Below are positions 32,827 to 43,888 of a stretch of DNA of 64,000 bases, in pieces. Below the pieces are notes generated by a model. The model was not told the DNA's origin. It saw nothing but the letters and a program-made list of their open reading frames with translations, and did not search any database. Source of the stretch: Escherichia coli 042. Its GTDB lineage: Bacteria > Pseudomonadota > Gammaproteobacteria > Enterobacterales > Enterobacteriaceae. The position numbers were made by a program, and so were the translations under genes. Every line of letters starts with the position of its first letter. The stretch's first letter is position 1. Location of the stretch: assembly GCF_000027125.1 (NCBI RefSeq), contig NC_017626.1; one strand, 5' to 3'.

Positions 32827-33573
32827 TCACTCATAATCAGAACAAGATGATGTATCCTGAGATATAAGAAAATCATCAAGAGAACCTCCGGCTTTTATTG
32901 CTTCTGCAATAACATTAGGCCGACGACCTTGTCCACTCCAGTACATTGTTTGACCGTTATACTCATACCTGTATTTATTAGACTCTCCTGAATCGTTTTT
33001 CCTGCCCGTCTGTAATTTTTTGCCAAATTCACGTTCGTCGATCATGGTAATGATATAGCGACGCATTTCACCCATTCTGAGCTCAATGGCGTCCATCCCA
33101 ATGAGCTCACCGGTCTTTACCGGACGGTAGTGCTTTGGCCGGCGGGGTTTGGCGGTTCGCTTTTTGACAAGCAGAGCCTTACCCCGCGAGCTCAGACGTA
33201 CTGGTATCATCCGCATTTTATCGTGTGCGGTGGCGATCATTCTGCCGATGGTGGAAACACTCGGGCAGGTCAGATGGCGCTGTGCGCACCAGGGCTTCAG
33301 GCGAACAAAAATCTGCTCTTTACCGAGGTTTGGCAGCTCTGTCCTGAGGCGTCGAATCTCTTTCAGCACATCGGGATGCCAGTGCTTTTTTCGTCGCACC
33401 AGAGGTGCCTTACTGTGCGGGATTAGCCCCTCAGGTCCTCCCTTGTTCAGTAACTGACGCCACCAGTAAAGCGTGCGGCAGGACACGCCAAAGGCTTCAG
33501 AAGCCGCAGAAATACCGTGTTTATCCCAGAAGTGCAGAGCCTTCATTCTCATTGTTGCTATATCAGCTGTCAC
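32827..33573 (-). pseudogene. Truncated IS481-family transposase-like gene (HTH plus start of DDE domain, then unrelated tail)
   Basis: N-terminus (LHFWDKHGISAASEAFGVSCRTLYWW) and GELIGMDAIELRMGEMRRYIITMID resemble IS481-family transposase up to the start of the catalytic core. Confidence 0.4.
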
Positions 33574-34102
33574 GAACGGTGCAATAGTGATCAGCCATCA
33601 CTGAAAGCCTCAACGCATAATCGGCCGTTTAGGATAGCCAACCATCAGATGCTGCATTTGCATAGTGCAATCTCCCCTTACTTATCCGGAGGCAATTGCA
33701 ATATCTCTGTGAACTTACACATAGGTGTAATCAATAAGGGCGTACGGAGATTGCCCGTTATTGCTGCAGGATCGGCAGACTGGTTTCCGTCCTTGCGCAT
33801 ATAACTGTACAACTACAGAGAAAAGCATCAATGCACGCTTTATGTTGCGTCAGGGCAGCGAACGACTCCTTTTGTTGACGACACATATCACCTTCTGTAC
33901 TGCTAATTATGGCATTCAGCGTCTCCCCGAGTTTTAAGCTCCTGCTCTTACGAACCAGCGACAAGCAATAAATAACTATGGCAATGAATCTAATAACAGC
34001 ATAAATATGAGACTCATCGATACTCATCGTGATTAGTATAATCGGGGCATAATTGGGGCAGAATTATATTCACTGTCTGATTTATTATTGGGTTAAATAT
34101 AA

Positions 34103-34555
34103 TTAAAGTGTTCTCAAAAGTCTGGCTGGATTACCGGCATACACGCCTTTTACCAGTACGGGCTTTGTAACCACACTACCAGCACCAATCACTGCTCCAC
34201 TGCAAATTTCTGTTGTTAAAATGGTCGCTCCGCTACCCACTGTTACAGTGTTACCTAATACGATGCGTATCCAGCTTTCTGCAGAGGCATCGGGACCACC
34301 ACACTTAAAAAGATCATTAGCAAAAGTTACGCCATGACCGATGAAACAGCCATCACCTAAAATGACGTTCTCACAGATGAAACTGTGGGACTGAATTCGG
34401 CTCCGGTTGCCAATGATACATCCCTTCTGTATTTCCACAAAGGGACCGATAAAAACATCATCCCCCAGTTCACATTCATAGAGGTTTACTGGCATGACGA
34501 CTTTCACATTTTCACCAAATTTCACATCACGAATGCGGCTGTCAATAACGTTCAT
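34103..34555 (-). CDS. Left-handed beta-helix (hexapeptide-repeat) acyl/acetyltransferase
   Basis: 150-aa ORF with repeated hexapeptide pattern (IGNRSRIQSHSFICENVILGDGCFIGHGVTFAND). Confidence 0.6.
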   Translation of the reverse strand: MNVIDSRIRDVKFGENVKVVMPVNLYECELGDDVFIGPFVEIQKGCIIGNRSRIQSHSFICENVILGDGCFIGHGVTFANDLFKCGGPDASAESWIRIVLGNTVTVGSGATILTTEICSGAVIGAGSVVTKPVLVKGVYAGNPARLLRTL

Positions 34556-34962
34556 ATCCGTTGTATCCTCCCTCAGGATGATTCTTATCAGAACATTTCA
34601 CCTGTCAGAATATTCCCGGTAATGTGATACAAGAGCCAGTCTCACCGGGTACCACGTGTTATTGCCCGTATCCTTTTACCCGTTACGAGTGTACAACCGG
34701 TTTTATATTTTGCAATCCAGGCCTGTTACACCAGAGCATCCTCTCACTGCCCCCTCACTGGTCAATCCGGGATTCAAATTCATCCTCCAGCACTAAACCC
34801 CATACCAGTCCTGAACCTTCCCTCGCCAGCAGCCAGACTCCTACTGTTCACCACAATCCTCTTCCGTGAATGGCCGTAAGTGCGCAGCACCAAAATAATG
34901 AGGTAGCCTGAGTTTAACGGACACTCCTTCCTGAAATAGAATGGCATCAGAAGGAGCTAATA

Positions 34963-35225
34963 ATGAGCAGAAAAACCCAACGTTACTCTAAAGAGTTCAA
35001 AGCCGAAGCTGTCAGAACGGTTCTTGAAAATCAACTTTCGATCAGTGAAGGCGCTTCCCGATTATCTCTTCCTGAAGGCACTTTAGGACAATGGGTTACC
35101 GCCGCCAGAAAAGGGCTCGGTACTCCTGGTTCCCGCATGGTGGCTGAACTGGAATCTGAAATTCTGCAACTGCGTAAGGCGTTAAATGAAGCTCGCCTTG
35201 AGCGAGATATATTAAAAAAAGCAAC
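34963..35225 (+). pseudogene. IS600-like orfA, interrupted near its 3' end by IS30
   Basis: HTH-type OrfA; reading frame runs into IS30 at 35226; original C-terminus (AYFAQESLKNSR) follows at 36447. Confidence 0.75.
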
Positions 35226-36446
35226 TGTAGATTCAATCTGTCAATGCAACACCCCTTTCAATTATCTCTTTCGGTGTTTTGAACTTCAGTGTCTTTCTCG
35301 GTCTGTTGTTTAGCTGAGCAGCAACCAGATCTAGTTCATGTTGAGTATATTGGGCAAGACATGTCTTTTTAGGAAAGTACTGCCGAATTAGCCCATTTGT
35401 ATTCTCATTTGTTCCCCGCTGCCAAGGACTCTGAGGATCGCAGAAGTAAACTTTAACGCCGGTGCTGACAGTAAATTCTAGATGTCTGGCCAGTTCCATT
35501 CCTCTGTCCCATGTCAGTGATTTTCTGAGTTCTGACGGTAAACTCAGGAATTTGTCGGTAAGAGCCTGATTTACTGAGACAGAATCTTTGCCCCTGAGTC
35601 TAAGGATGATCGTATAACGTGATTTTCGGTCTACAAGTGTGGCTATATGAGAGTTTTTTGTACCTGAGACTAAATCGCCCTCCCAATGCCCCAGAGAGCG
35701 TCTGTTATCGATATTTCGGGAACGTTCGTGAATTGGTGTTCCGTTCACTATGTTAATCGTACCTCTTTCGCCTTTGCGGGTATGACGCCTGCCATGGCGA
35801 AGGCTATGCGACCGTCGCAGATGCTGTATATTCAGGTGGTGTTGCGCTTCACGGCTACGAAAGTACAGCGTTTTATAAATTGTCTCAGGTGATATTCGCA
35901 GCGTTTTTTGACGTGGTTTTGTTCGCCTTAACCATCCTGATATTTGCTCTGGAGACCATTTCATCTCCAGCTTTTCCAGAACAAGCTTTCGCAATGGTAA
36001 ATTTTGATCCAGTAAGCACGGTTTTGGCCTTTTCGCCATTCTGTTGGCTCGGTTATTAGCATCAACAGCTTTGTAATAGCGTCTGCCCCGATTACGCTGA
36101 ACTTCACGTGAGATCGTCGAAGGACTGCGATTCAGCGCAGTAGCTATCGCACGAATGCTCATTTTGGCTGACAAACCAGCTCGTATCTCCTCGCGCTCAG
36201 ACAGTGTCAGGTGAGCTACAGCCCGCTTACGCTCATGGGGTTTTATGCCGCCAGTATCCCTTAACATAGTGAAGATCGTTCCGGGTTTTGAACCCAGGAT
36301 ATTCGCTATTTCACTGAAGCCTGTTCCGTTCTTCCATAGTTCAAAAACAGAGGCTTTTTCCTCTGCTGTAAATGTTCGTCTCATTCAAAAAACCTCCACA
36401 ACCCCATGTTTTCACATAACTGTTGCGTTGACCAATTGAATCTACA
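35226..36446 (-). mobile_element. IS30 (1221 bp) with 26-bp terminal inverted repeats and 2-bp AC target duplication
   Basis: Ends tgtagattcaat(c/t)... at 35226 (plus) and 36446 (minus); AC dinucleotide on both flanks; length matches canonical IS30. Confidence 0.9.
35233..36384 (-). CDS. insI: IS30 transposase
   Basis: 383-aa ORF (MRRTFTAEEKASVFELWKNGTGFSEIANILG...), the canonical IS30 transposase length and N-terminus. Confidence 0.9.
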   Translation of the reverse strand: MRRTFTAEEKASVFELWKNGTGFSEIANILGSKPGTIFTMLRDTGGIKPHERKRAVAHLTLSEREEIRAGLSAKMSIRAIATALNRSPSTISREVQRNRGRRYYKAVDANNRANRMAKRPKPCLLDQNLPLRKLVLEKLEMKWSPEQISGWLRRTKPRQKTLRISPETIYKTLYFRSREAQHHLNIQHLRRSHSLRHGRRHTRKGERGTINIVNGTPIHERSRNIDNRRSLGHWEGDLVSGTKNSHIATLVDRKSRYTIILRLRGKDSVSVNQALTDKFLSLPSELRKSLTWDRGMELARHLEFTVSTGVKVYFCDPQSPWQRGTNENTNGLIRQYFPKKTCLAQYTQHELDLVAAQLNNRPRKTLKFKTPKEIIERGVALTD

Positions 36447-36523
36447 ACAGCGTATTTTGCACAGGAGTCGCTGAAAAATTCGCGTTAATCGAACAATGGC
36501 GACAACAATTTCCCATTGAAGCG

Positions 36524-37342
36524 ATGTGTCAGGTATTTGGTGTATCCAGGAGCGGTTATTACAACTGGGTACAGCATGAACCCTCAGACAGAAAACAAAG
36601 TGATGAGCGGCTAAAACTGGAGATTAAGGTGGCACATATCCGCACTCGCGAAACATATGGAACCCGGCGGCTCCAGACGGAGCTGGCAGAGAATGGCATC
36701 ATCGTTGGTCGTGACCGACTGGCACGTCTTCGTAAGGAGCTAAGGCTACGCTGTAAGCAGAAACGCAAGTTCAGAGCGACTACGAACTCGAACCACAATC
36801 TGCCAGTTGCGCCAAATCTGCTGAACCAGACGTTCGCTCCTACAGCACCAAATCAGGTCTGGGTGGCGGACCTGACGTATGTTGCCACACAGGAGGGATG
36901 GTTGTACCTCGCTGGCATCAAAGATGTTTATACGTGCGAAATTGTCGGCTACGCCATGGGAGAGCGCATGACAAAAGAGCTGACAGGTAAAGCCCTGTTT
37001 ATGGCGCTCAGGAGCCAGCGCCCACCTGCCGGGCTAATCCACCACTCTGATCGAGGTTCACAGTACTGCGCATACGATTACCGGGTCATACAGGAGCAGT
37101 TTGGTCTGAAAACATCAATGTCGCGTAAAGGTAACTGTTACGACAACGCTCCGATGGAAAGCTTCTGGGGAACGCTGAAAAATGAGAGCCTGAGCCACTA
37201 TCGTTTTAATAACCGGGATGAAGCCATCTCAGTAATACGGGAATACATTGAGATTTTCTACAATCGTCAGCGTCGTCACTCTCGTCTGGGGAATATCTCC
37301 CCGGCAGCCTTCAGGGAAAAATATCATCAGATGGCTGCTTAA
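36524..37342 (+). CDS. IS3-family (IS600-like) OrfB transposase catalytic subunit
   Basis: 272-aa ORF with DDE integrase core (HHSDRGSQY, GNCYDNAPMESFWGTLK). Confidence 0.85.
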   Translation: MCQVFGVSRSGYYNWVQHEPSDRKQSDERLKLEIKVAHIRTRETYGTRRLQTELAENGIIVGRDRLARLRKELRLRCKQKRKFRATTNSNHNLPVAPNLLNQTFAPTAPNQVWVADLTYVATQEGWLYLAGIKDVYTCEIVGYAMGERMTKELTGKALFMALRSQRPPAGLIHHSDRGSQYCAYDYRVIQEQFGLKTSMSRKGNCYDNAPMESFWGTLKNESLSHYRFNNRDEAISVIREYIEIFYNRQRRHSRLGNISPAAFREKYHQMAA

Positions 37343-37555
37343 AAAAAGAACAAATGGTAGTGTCCGCTATTGCCAGTACACCTCATAAATCGGTACTTCC
37401 GATGACAGACAGTGAAAGCGTAAGGAGAAATATGAACATGAGAATGGAAGCAGATACATGACTTCAGGACGACTTTTTCAGAAAACGAGCTAAGGGCGTT
37501 GGCTGACGCCCTTACTGTGGCATAAGCTCAGGCACCGGATGCCGTTTTACAGGGT

Positions 37556-38287
37556 TCACCTGCCATCCAGTAGACGCCCCGGCCCACGACTGCAACCATA
37601 ATTACGTTGCCCGGAACCGTTATGCAGCTTCGTTTCATATTTCACGAGATAACTGGCTCTGTTCCGGGCTTTCTGCAGCGCTTCCACATCACCACGCTTG
37701 ATCCAGAGAACAGCGGCTTCACCCGGCTTTTTGTCTGAAGCCTTCCTGGTATCAGAACATCCACCCGACAAAGGCGTGTCATCGGAAGAAGGGCGAGCAT
37801 CAGACGATGCTGGTTTACGGGAAGGCGTCCACCTGGAAAAATGGACCTGGCCATCGCCTTGCCAGGGCTCAAGATGCAGGGCGCTGCACCATGCCTCTAG
37901 GATCATCGTCGCCAGCGAAGATGGTTCGCTGAAATCCCCGAGCGAGCACCAGGTATCTTTGTTGAGCAGTAATATCACGTGATAATGTTTCCTGCCATAC
38001 ATCTTGCCGAACTCCCGGCACCAGAAATAACGCAGGCTGGTTGCATGCACACGCTGATTGGCACATCTTTTTTTCCGCTGGTAAGCCTGAATTTTGGCTT
38101 TCAGGGATGCAAAAAAACGAGAAATCACCGCTGAATCCGGATCGGGATCCATGATGGTGACAGGCATATACTCAGGAAACCGTAAATCCACCCGGATTAA
38201 CGAGACGGCACGGTGTTGCACCAGGGCACTGTTGAGAATACTTTCAAAACGGGATAACCAGTAATCATTGTGTATTGGTTGATTCAT
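37556..38287 (-). CDS. YagK/YfjJ-family (inovirus Gp2-like) protein
   Basis: 243-aa ORF (RVDLRFPEYMP ... HYHVILLLNKD); third paralog in the window. Confidence 0.6.
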   Translation of the reverse strand: MNQPIHNDYWLSRFESILNSALVQHRAVSLIRVDLRFPEYMPVTIMDPDPDSAVISRFFASLKAKIQAYQRKKRCANQRVHATSLRYFWCREFGKMYGRKHYHVILLLNKDTWCSLGDFSEPSSLATMILEAWCSALHLEPWQGDGQVHFSRWTPSRKPASSDARPSSDDTPLSGGCSDTRKASDKKPGEAAVLWIKRGDVEALQKARNRASYLVKYETKLHNGSGQRNYGCSRGPGRLLDGR

Positions 38288-38956
38288 GATGAGAGATCTC
38301 CGTTGATTTGGATTGACTTCACATCATTAATCGCCGCGGTAAAACTTTACGGCATCCCACCAATGAGCAACGCCAATAGCTCCTGATTAAAACGGAATGA
38401 ATCGTCCCGTAACGAAAAGATAATCCTGCACACGACAGCAAAACGTAAAACAACGGCATGAATGAGCTAAATGTCTAAAGAAAAACTGCCTTTTCACATT
38501 ATTTTTCAGCGAGTGATCATACCAGCATCCCTAACATACGAAATCGCATCGTGATCGATCGCTGATTCGCCGAACAACTGATCGAATACACCTGAATCTG
38601 CACTAACATCCTGATGGGTAACGGAAGACTAAAAAACCAGTGTTCTATTGATTGCACGGAATGCCTGTGCGCTGGCCTGACCAGTAAGCACAATTCTACG
38701 AGTAGTAAGATATCTACTCCAAAACCATGCGCAGTAGCCACCATATGTTGCCAGGGTGAAAAATAAGCTCAGAACTATAGGGGAGTAATTCCCGTTAATG
38801 TCATCGCCGTACCTCAATCAGCTCACAAACTGGCTGAAACGTTAAGCTGAGGCCTTTATTCTTCAGATGTATTTTCCGGTTTACCTGTAAATTATCTTCT
38901 GATATTTATCACATTAGTAATTGTGCTGATTATCTACATACTTCAAGGTCTGAAAT

Positions 38957-39487
38957 ATGAAGCTAACAGAAGAAAGTCTGAATCTAGTCATTGACATCCT
39001 GAATGATTTGATCTGTGAAGGAAAAATGCTGAACGATGTGGAGCGCAGATCTCTGCTCAATGCAGTTATGGCAATTACAGCGGTAAAAGAACGTTCTGTC
39101 GTATCTGTATCATCCCGAAAAGAGCAAAGTAAGAAGGAGAAGAAGGAAAGAGAGATCGATCCTCGTTTCCCAAATGCTGGTGTGGCATGGAATGAGGCAG
39201 ACGAGAATTTATTGCGAGATGTTCTGGAGGATGTACCGGACGATGAAATTGGTAAACACCTTTTCTGGCTGGCAGAGAAACTAGGGCGAACCCCGTACAG
39301 TGTAGCCTGTAAAGTCAGACAAATTAAGAAATTACCTGCAGAATGGAAGGATCAATTTCGTAAAATCTCTGACAGGATCCGTAGTTCTGGAATGTCAGTC
39401 AGTGAATATCTACAACGCCAGGGACTGTTAAGCCCAGAGTCAGGGGAAGAAAACAATCCTGTCAGTCATAACAACAATGTAGCTTAA
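38957..39487 (+). CDS. Hypothetical protein
   Basis: 176-aa ORF, charged/Lys-Glu-rich middle; no family recognised by eye. Confidence 0.4.
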   Translation: MKLTEESLNLVIDILNDLICEGKMLNDVERRSLLNAVMAITAVKERSVVSVSSRKEQSKKEKKEREIDPRFPNAGVAWNEADENLLRDVLEDVPDDEIGKHLFWLAEKLGRTPYSVACKVRQIKKLPAEWKDQFRKISDRIRSSGMSVSEYLQRQGLLSPESGEENNPVSHNNNVA

Positions 39488-40649
39488 TCCTGAAGAAGAT
39501 GAACAGTTTATACTCTTTAAACTGTTCCCTTAATTTTAGAAAAACAGTTTGTGTAAGTGCATGCTCCAACATTCTGAAGGCATTATTTCTTACAATACAT
39601 CATAATCATTGGCAGATCCTCATCTGAATCAAAACACCACAACCAATCATCACACTTTTTCTGAAAAGAGCCTTATGATGAAGATAATCACCTTACGCTG
39701 AGAAAAAACACTAGGGCCAGTTAATCACCTTATCAATCTCGCCGTTACAAAATCATCCATAAGCCATTTAACAGTGTTATCGCAAACTCACAGTAAATCG
39801 CATCAGGTTACCTCAATCGGATTTGAGTTAATTCACTGGGCTTTACGTAAAGATACTTTTCTCAGGTTAACGACTAAAACACGAAAACTCAGAAAAGGTT
39901 AAACACAGGTTCAGTAAAATCGAATATCATCTTGATTGCTTAAACAGGACAGAGGGTTTTGTAGTGAGGTTAACTGATTTTAGCGATCGTAAAAAAAGGA
40001 CTAACAAATTTACTAAACTGGATGTGTATCAGACAAAGCAATGTGTGTAGCAATGCTTAATGAAAATACTTGTATGATTGTCTATGAAAGTACGTGTATA
40101 ACACTTACTGAAATGCTTAGTAAAAATACGTGTATATAGTATCATACCGACATTCTCAACTCTTCCAAACATCCATGCAGACTGAATGTTGGTTTCAGTT
40201 TTTCACGGCCAGCATGGATCTTTACTGGTCAAAAAACAGACATGTTTACTCTGGAATTATTTTTCTGATTCCGTCTTCAGAACAACAAAAACTCGTGATA
40301 ACTCTACAACAAACTATCGTAATTGGCTTCTGTAACCCCGTCACTTTTCCTAAGAAATGTGCCCCCATATAATGCGGGAGAGATAAGTCATCGTATACAG
40401 GAAACACTGCCAATCATAACATAACGTCATTCAATAATTTTTATCCATAATCAGATGAGCATATCATGATTATTGAATATTATGATATATAACTCATATG
40501 AATGTGTTATTATCTGTAAGCGTTAAGCATCACATTGCATAACCATACTAAGCTGGATAATCATCAACGTTTTTATATGTAACTCATTGAAATTAATTAT
40601 ATGTTTTTTGTGGATAATTAATATGTAATGTGAAATTAATATTTTCACA

Positions 40650-41873
40650 TCATGAACGCCATTTAAAATTACCATCCTGAATATCATATGACAATATATT
40701 TTCACTAAAGCATGAATTGTATATATCTATTAACTCTGGAAAATTATCAGGATTCACCTTCAAATTCACTTGAATGTTACGTTTAATTTCACCCAGCAGT
40801 TCTTCATGTGTGGATTTTATTATCCCTTTCTCATAATCGATAAATACACACATGTTCTTTATGAATTCAAAACCTTTTCCTGTATACAGTTTAATGAATG
40901 CCACCAGAGCAAACATTTCAAGATATAGCCATAATGCCACGTTAGTTTTTTGCAAAGTATAAAAAATTGAATTCGCCACTCTTTTACTTATTGCTCTTTT
41001 ATACTGTGATCGGGCAAGATTCAGTAGCGGAAGCTCTCGTTCAATAAATGAATGTGAAAAGACTGGATAAATTGATGTAGGAAACCTTTCAGGTCTTATG
41101 ATATTTTCTATTTCCACCATAAATCTATCCATAGAAAGAAAGTCACTTTCTTTTTTTATTCTGGTATAGAGACCGCCTTTATTCCTTTCTGAGGTTTGTT
41201 TTCGTGCTATCCCCCCCAACACTTTCTCTAATTGTTTATTTATCTTCGTATAATTAAATACAACCATTCTTCTTATCATCCTCGGAAGGATAATAATATC
41301 AGTGCTTGAATCACTTGAGCGGCAATTATTATTTATCCATGCAACTTCAAGTTGCAGTATCGGAACATTAACTTTTCTGGGGTGAATATCTCTCTGATAT
41401 CGTTTTTTGTATGCGTTTTCATTAAGATATTCTCTGCTGTAGAGAAACTTATAGCAATATAATCTGATAATATCTTTTATGTAAAATTTAAATAGTTCAC
41501 CTGTAACAGATATATGTTTTCTGCTCAGTAACTCCTGTGTATTAAGCCATTCCCGTGACCGAAGCACACCCTTGTGAAAACTTTTTCTTACTTGCTTTGA
41601 AGCACGCCATTGATGTAATATTTTTGCGTCCTCAATAATTCTCTTTCCCGTTTTATTTTTTGCAGCATCTCTTACTCTATAAAATATCTCCCAGTCCAGA
41701 CTTTTGTCATATCTACTAATTATACGACAAATATTCCTGACCCGACGATTCTCTTTATTTCGCTTCCATAGCTTATAATGATCATCGCATAACCTTAAGG
41801 CATTTGCCTCATCAAATTCTGAAACAGGATTACTGCATTTTTTATTCCGACAGATACCTTTGTTTTTAGCCAT
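40650..41873 (-). CDS. Orphan AT-rich hypothetical protein with N-terminal Cys cluster (CRNKKC...C..H)
   Basis: 407-aa basic ORF, much lower GC than its flanks, isolated between two ~1-kb non-coding stretches. Confidence 0.5.
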   Translation of the reverse strand: MAKNKGICRNKKCSNPVSEFDEANALRLCDDHYKLWKRNKENRRVRNICRIISRYDKSLDWEIFYRVRDAAKNKTGKRIIEDAKILHQWRASKQVRKSFHKGVLRSREWLNTQELLSRKHISVTGELFKFYIKDIIRLYCYKFLYSREYLNENAYKKRYQRDIHPRKVNVPILQLEVAWINNNCRSSDSSTDIIILPRMIRRMVVFNYTKINKQLEKVLGGIARKQTSERNKGGLYTRIKKESDFLSMDRFMVEIENIIRPERFPTSIYPVFSHSFIERELPLLNLARSQYKRAISKRVANSIFYTLQKTNVALWLYLEMFALVAFIKLYTGKGFEFIKNMCVFIDYEKGIIKSTHEELLGEIKRNIQVNLKVNPDNFPELIDIYNSCFSENILSYDIQDGNFKWRS

Positions 41874-41973
41874 ACTCTTCTTCCCGTCAATGGAAAAATT
41901 TTCACACCCATATTACCTGAATGATAAACCGGATTAGTGTGATCCGGTTCAGTGAAATCAACAGGATACCGGT

Positions 41974-42858
41974 ATGCCATTCAGCAATTCTTCCCTCTCC
42001 GCGCAAGTGAAATCATATCTGACGTTTCTTCCTGAAGAAATTCGCCAGAAAATCCTTGAACATCTCCACGGTGTTATTCATTACGAGCCCGTGATTGGCA
42101 TTATGGGTAAATCCGGCACCGGCAAAAGCAGTCTGTGTAATGCCATTTTTCAGTCCCGTATCTGCGCCACGCATCCCCTGAACGGCTGCACCCGCCAGGC
42201 TCATCGCCTCACCCTGCAGATTGGTGAACGCAGAATGACGCTGGTCGATCTGCCCGGCATTGGTGAGACACCGCAGCATGATCAGGAATACCGGGAGCTT
42301 TACCGTCAGTTACTGCCGGAACTGGATCTGATTATCTGGATCCTGCGGGCTGATGAACGTGCGTATGCTGCCGATATTGCCATGCATCAGTTTTTACTGA
42401 ATGAAGGTGCAGATCCCTCGCGTTTTCTGTTTGTTCTCAGCCATGCCGATCGCGTGTTTCCTGCTGAAGAATGGAATGCCACAGAAAAATGCCCATCCCG
42501 TCACCAGGAACTCTCACTGGCAACTGTTACAGCCTGGGTGGCAACCCTGTTCCCGTCATCATTTCCGGTACTCCCCGTTGCTGTGCCTGTCGGCTGGAAT
42601 CTTCCGGCGTTTGTGTCGCTGATGATCCACGCCCTGCCACCGCAGGCAACCAGTGCGGTTTATTCACATATCCGGGGGGAAAACCGCTCTGAACAGGCCC
42701 AGAAACACGCACAACAGACTTTTGGTGACGCCATCGGGAAAAGTTTTGACGACGCCGTTGCCCGGTTCACTTTTCCGGTCTGGATGTTACAGCTTCTGCG
42801 TAAAGCCCGGGACCGCATTATCCGCCTGCTGGAAACACTGTGGGATCGTCTGTTCTGA
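41974..42858 (+). CDS. YfjP/YkfA/YeeP-family GTPase (cryptic-prophage GTP-binding protein)
   Basis: 294-aa ORF with P-loop (GIMGKSGTGKSS) and G3-like (DLPGIGE) motifs. Confidence 0.75.
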   Translation: MPFSNSSLSAQVKSYLTFLPEEIRQKILEHLHGVIHYEPVIGIMGKSGTGKSSLCNAIFQSRICATHPLNGCTRQAHRLTLQIGERRMTLVDLPGIGETPQHDQEYRELYRQLLPELDLIIWILRADERAYAADIAMHQFLLNEGADPSRFLFVLSHADRVFPAEEWNATEKCPSRHQELSLATVTAWVATLFPSSFPVLPVAVPVGWNLPAFVSLMIHALPPQATSAVYSHIRGENRSEQAQKHAQQTFGDAIGKSFDDAVARFTFPVWMLQLLRKARDRIIRLLETLWDRLF

Positions 42859-43060
42859 CACACTCACGCCGACAGGATGTGTCGCTGGATTAACGAGTAT
42901 TCTTCTTTTTATGAAATCATCATTAAAAATCAGATAATTAAAGGAATATTTTTTCTGCTGCATTTTATTCCTGATTATTCAGATACGACACATCCTTTCA
43001 ACACCATGAGGCATAATAACATCATGAAATAAAAGATGTTTTCTTACGGAGTACACATCT

Positions 43061-43741
43061 ATGTCTGATGATCGTTCCCGGCATGATCGTCTGGCGGTTC
43101 GCTTATCACTCATTATCAGCCGACTGATGGCCGGAGAATCTCTGTCACTAAAGACACTGTCAGATGAATTTGGCGTTACAGAACGTACTTTACAGCGCGA
43201 TTTTCATCAGCGTCTGGTTCACCTGGATTTAGAGTACAGAAATGGCAGGTACAGCCTCAGACGACAGAGCAGCCCGTGTGCGATCCCTGAAATGCTTTCT
43301 TTTATACAGAATACCGGGATCGCACGGATACTTCCGCTCCGGAACGGACGACTGATAACCTTTCTTACCGACAACCAGGAGCCCTCTCCCTGCCTTATCT
43401 GGCTGCCGGCGCCGGATATCACTGCAACGTTCCCCGAGTGTTTCTCGCAACTCATCCTGGCAATAAGACAGTGTATCCACATCTCTCTGATGACTGAGCG
43501 ATGGTATCCGTCACTGGAGCCCTGCCGGCTCATTTATTACAGCGGTAGCTGGTATCTGATCGCGTTACAGAAGGGAAAACTGCAGGTCTTTCCTCTGGCA
43601 GATATCAAATCAGTCAGCCTGACATCAGAACGGTTTGAACGGAGAGGCCACATCCACAGTCTGGTCGCTGAAGAGCGTTTTATCTCCGCCCTGCCACATT
43701 TCTCTTTCATCCATAAACTTATCAACACCTTTAACCTGTGA
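43061..43741 (+). CDS. HTH transcriptional regulator, YfjR-like (DeoR-type HTH)
   Basis: 226-aa ORF with N-terminal HTH (LKTLSDEFGVTERTLQRDF). Confidence 0.5.
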   Translation: MSDDRSRHDRLAVRLSLIISRLMAGESLSLKTLSDEFGVTERTLQRDFHQRLVHLDLEYRNGRYSLRRQSSPCAIPEMLSFIQNTGIARILPLRNGRLITFLTDNQEPSPCLIWLPAPDITATFPECFSQLILAIRQCIHISLMTERWYPSLEPCRLIYYSGSWYLIALQKGKLQVFPLADIKSVSLTSERFERRGHIHSLVAEERFISALPHFSFIHKLINTFNL

Positions 43742-43888
43742 TCGCCGGCCTGCCAAAGCCGTCCCGACAGGTATGGAGACAATATGTTGAACAGAAAACT
43801 AAATATACGGCTACGTCATTCCCTGAACAGTCACTGCATACCTTCCATCATTATCAATAACACCGTACGTTCATTTCAGAGGTCAGTC

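Larger units (their letters stand above)
34899..37385 (+). mobile_element. IS3-family element (IS600-like), interrupted by IS30; 1264 bp after removing the insert and its 2-bp duplication; 3-bp TAA target duplication
   Basis: Left end tgaggtagcctgag at 34899, right end ...tacacctca at 37385, TAA on both flanks. orfA (34963 onward, MSRKTQRYSKEFKAEAV) is split at 35226 and resumes in frame after 36446; orfB at 36524..37342. Confidence 0.8.
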
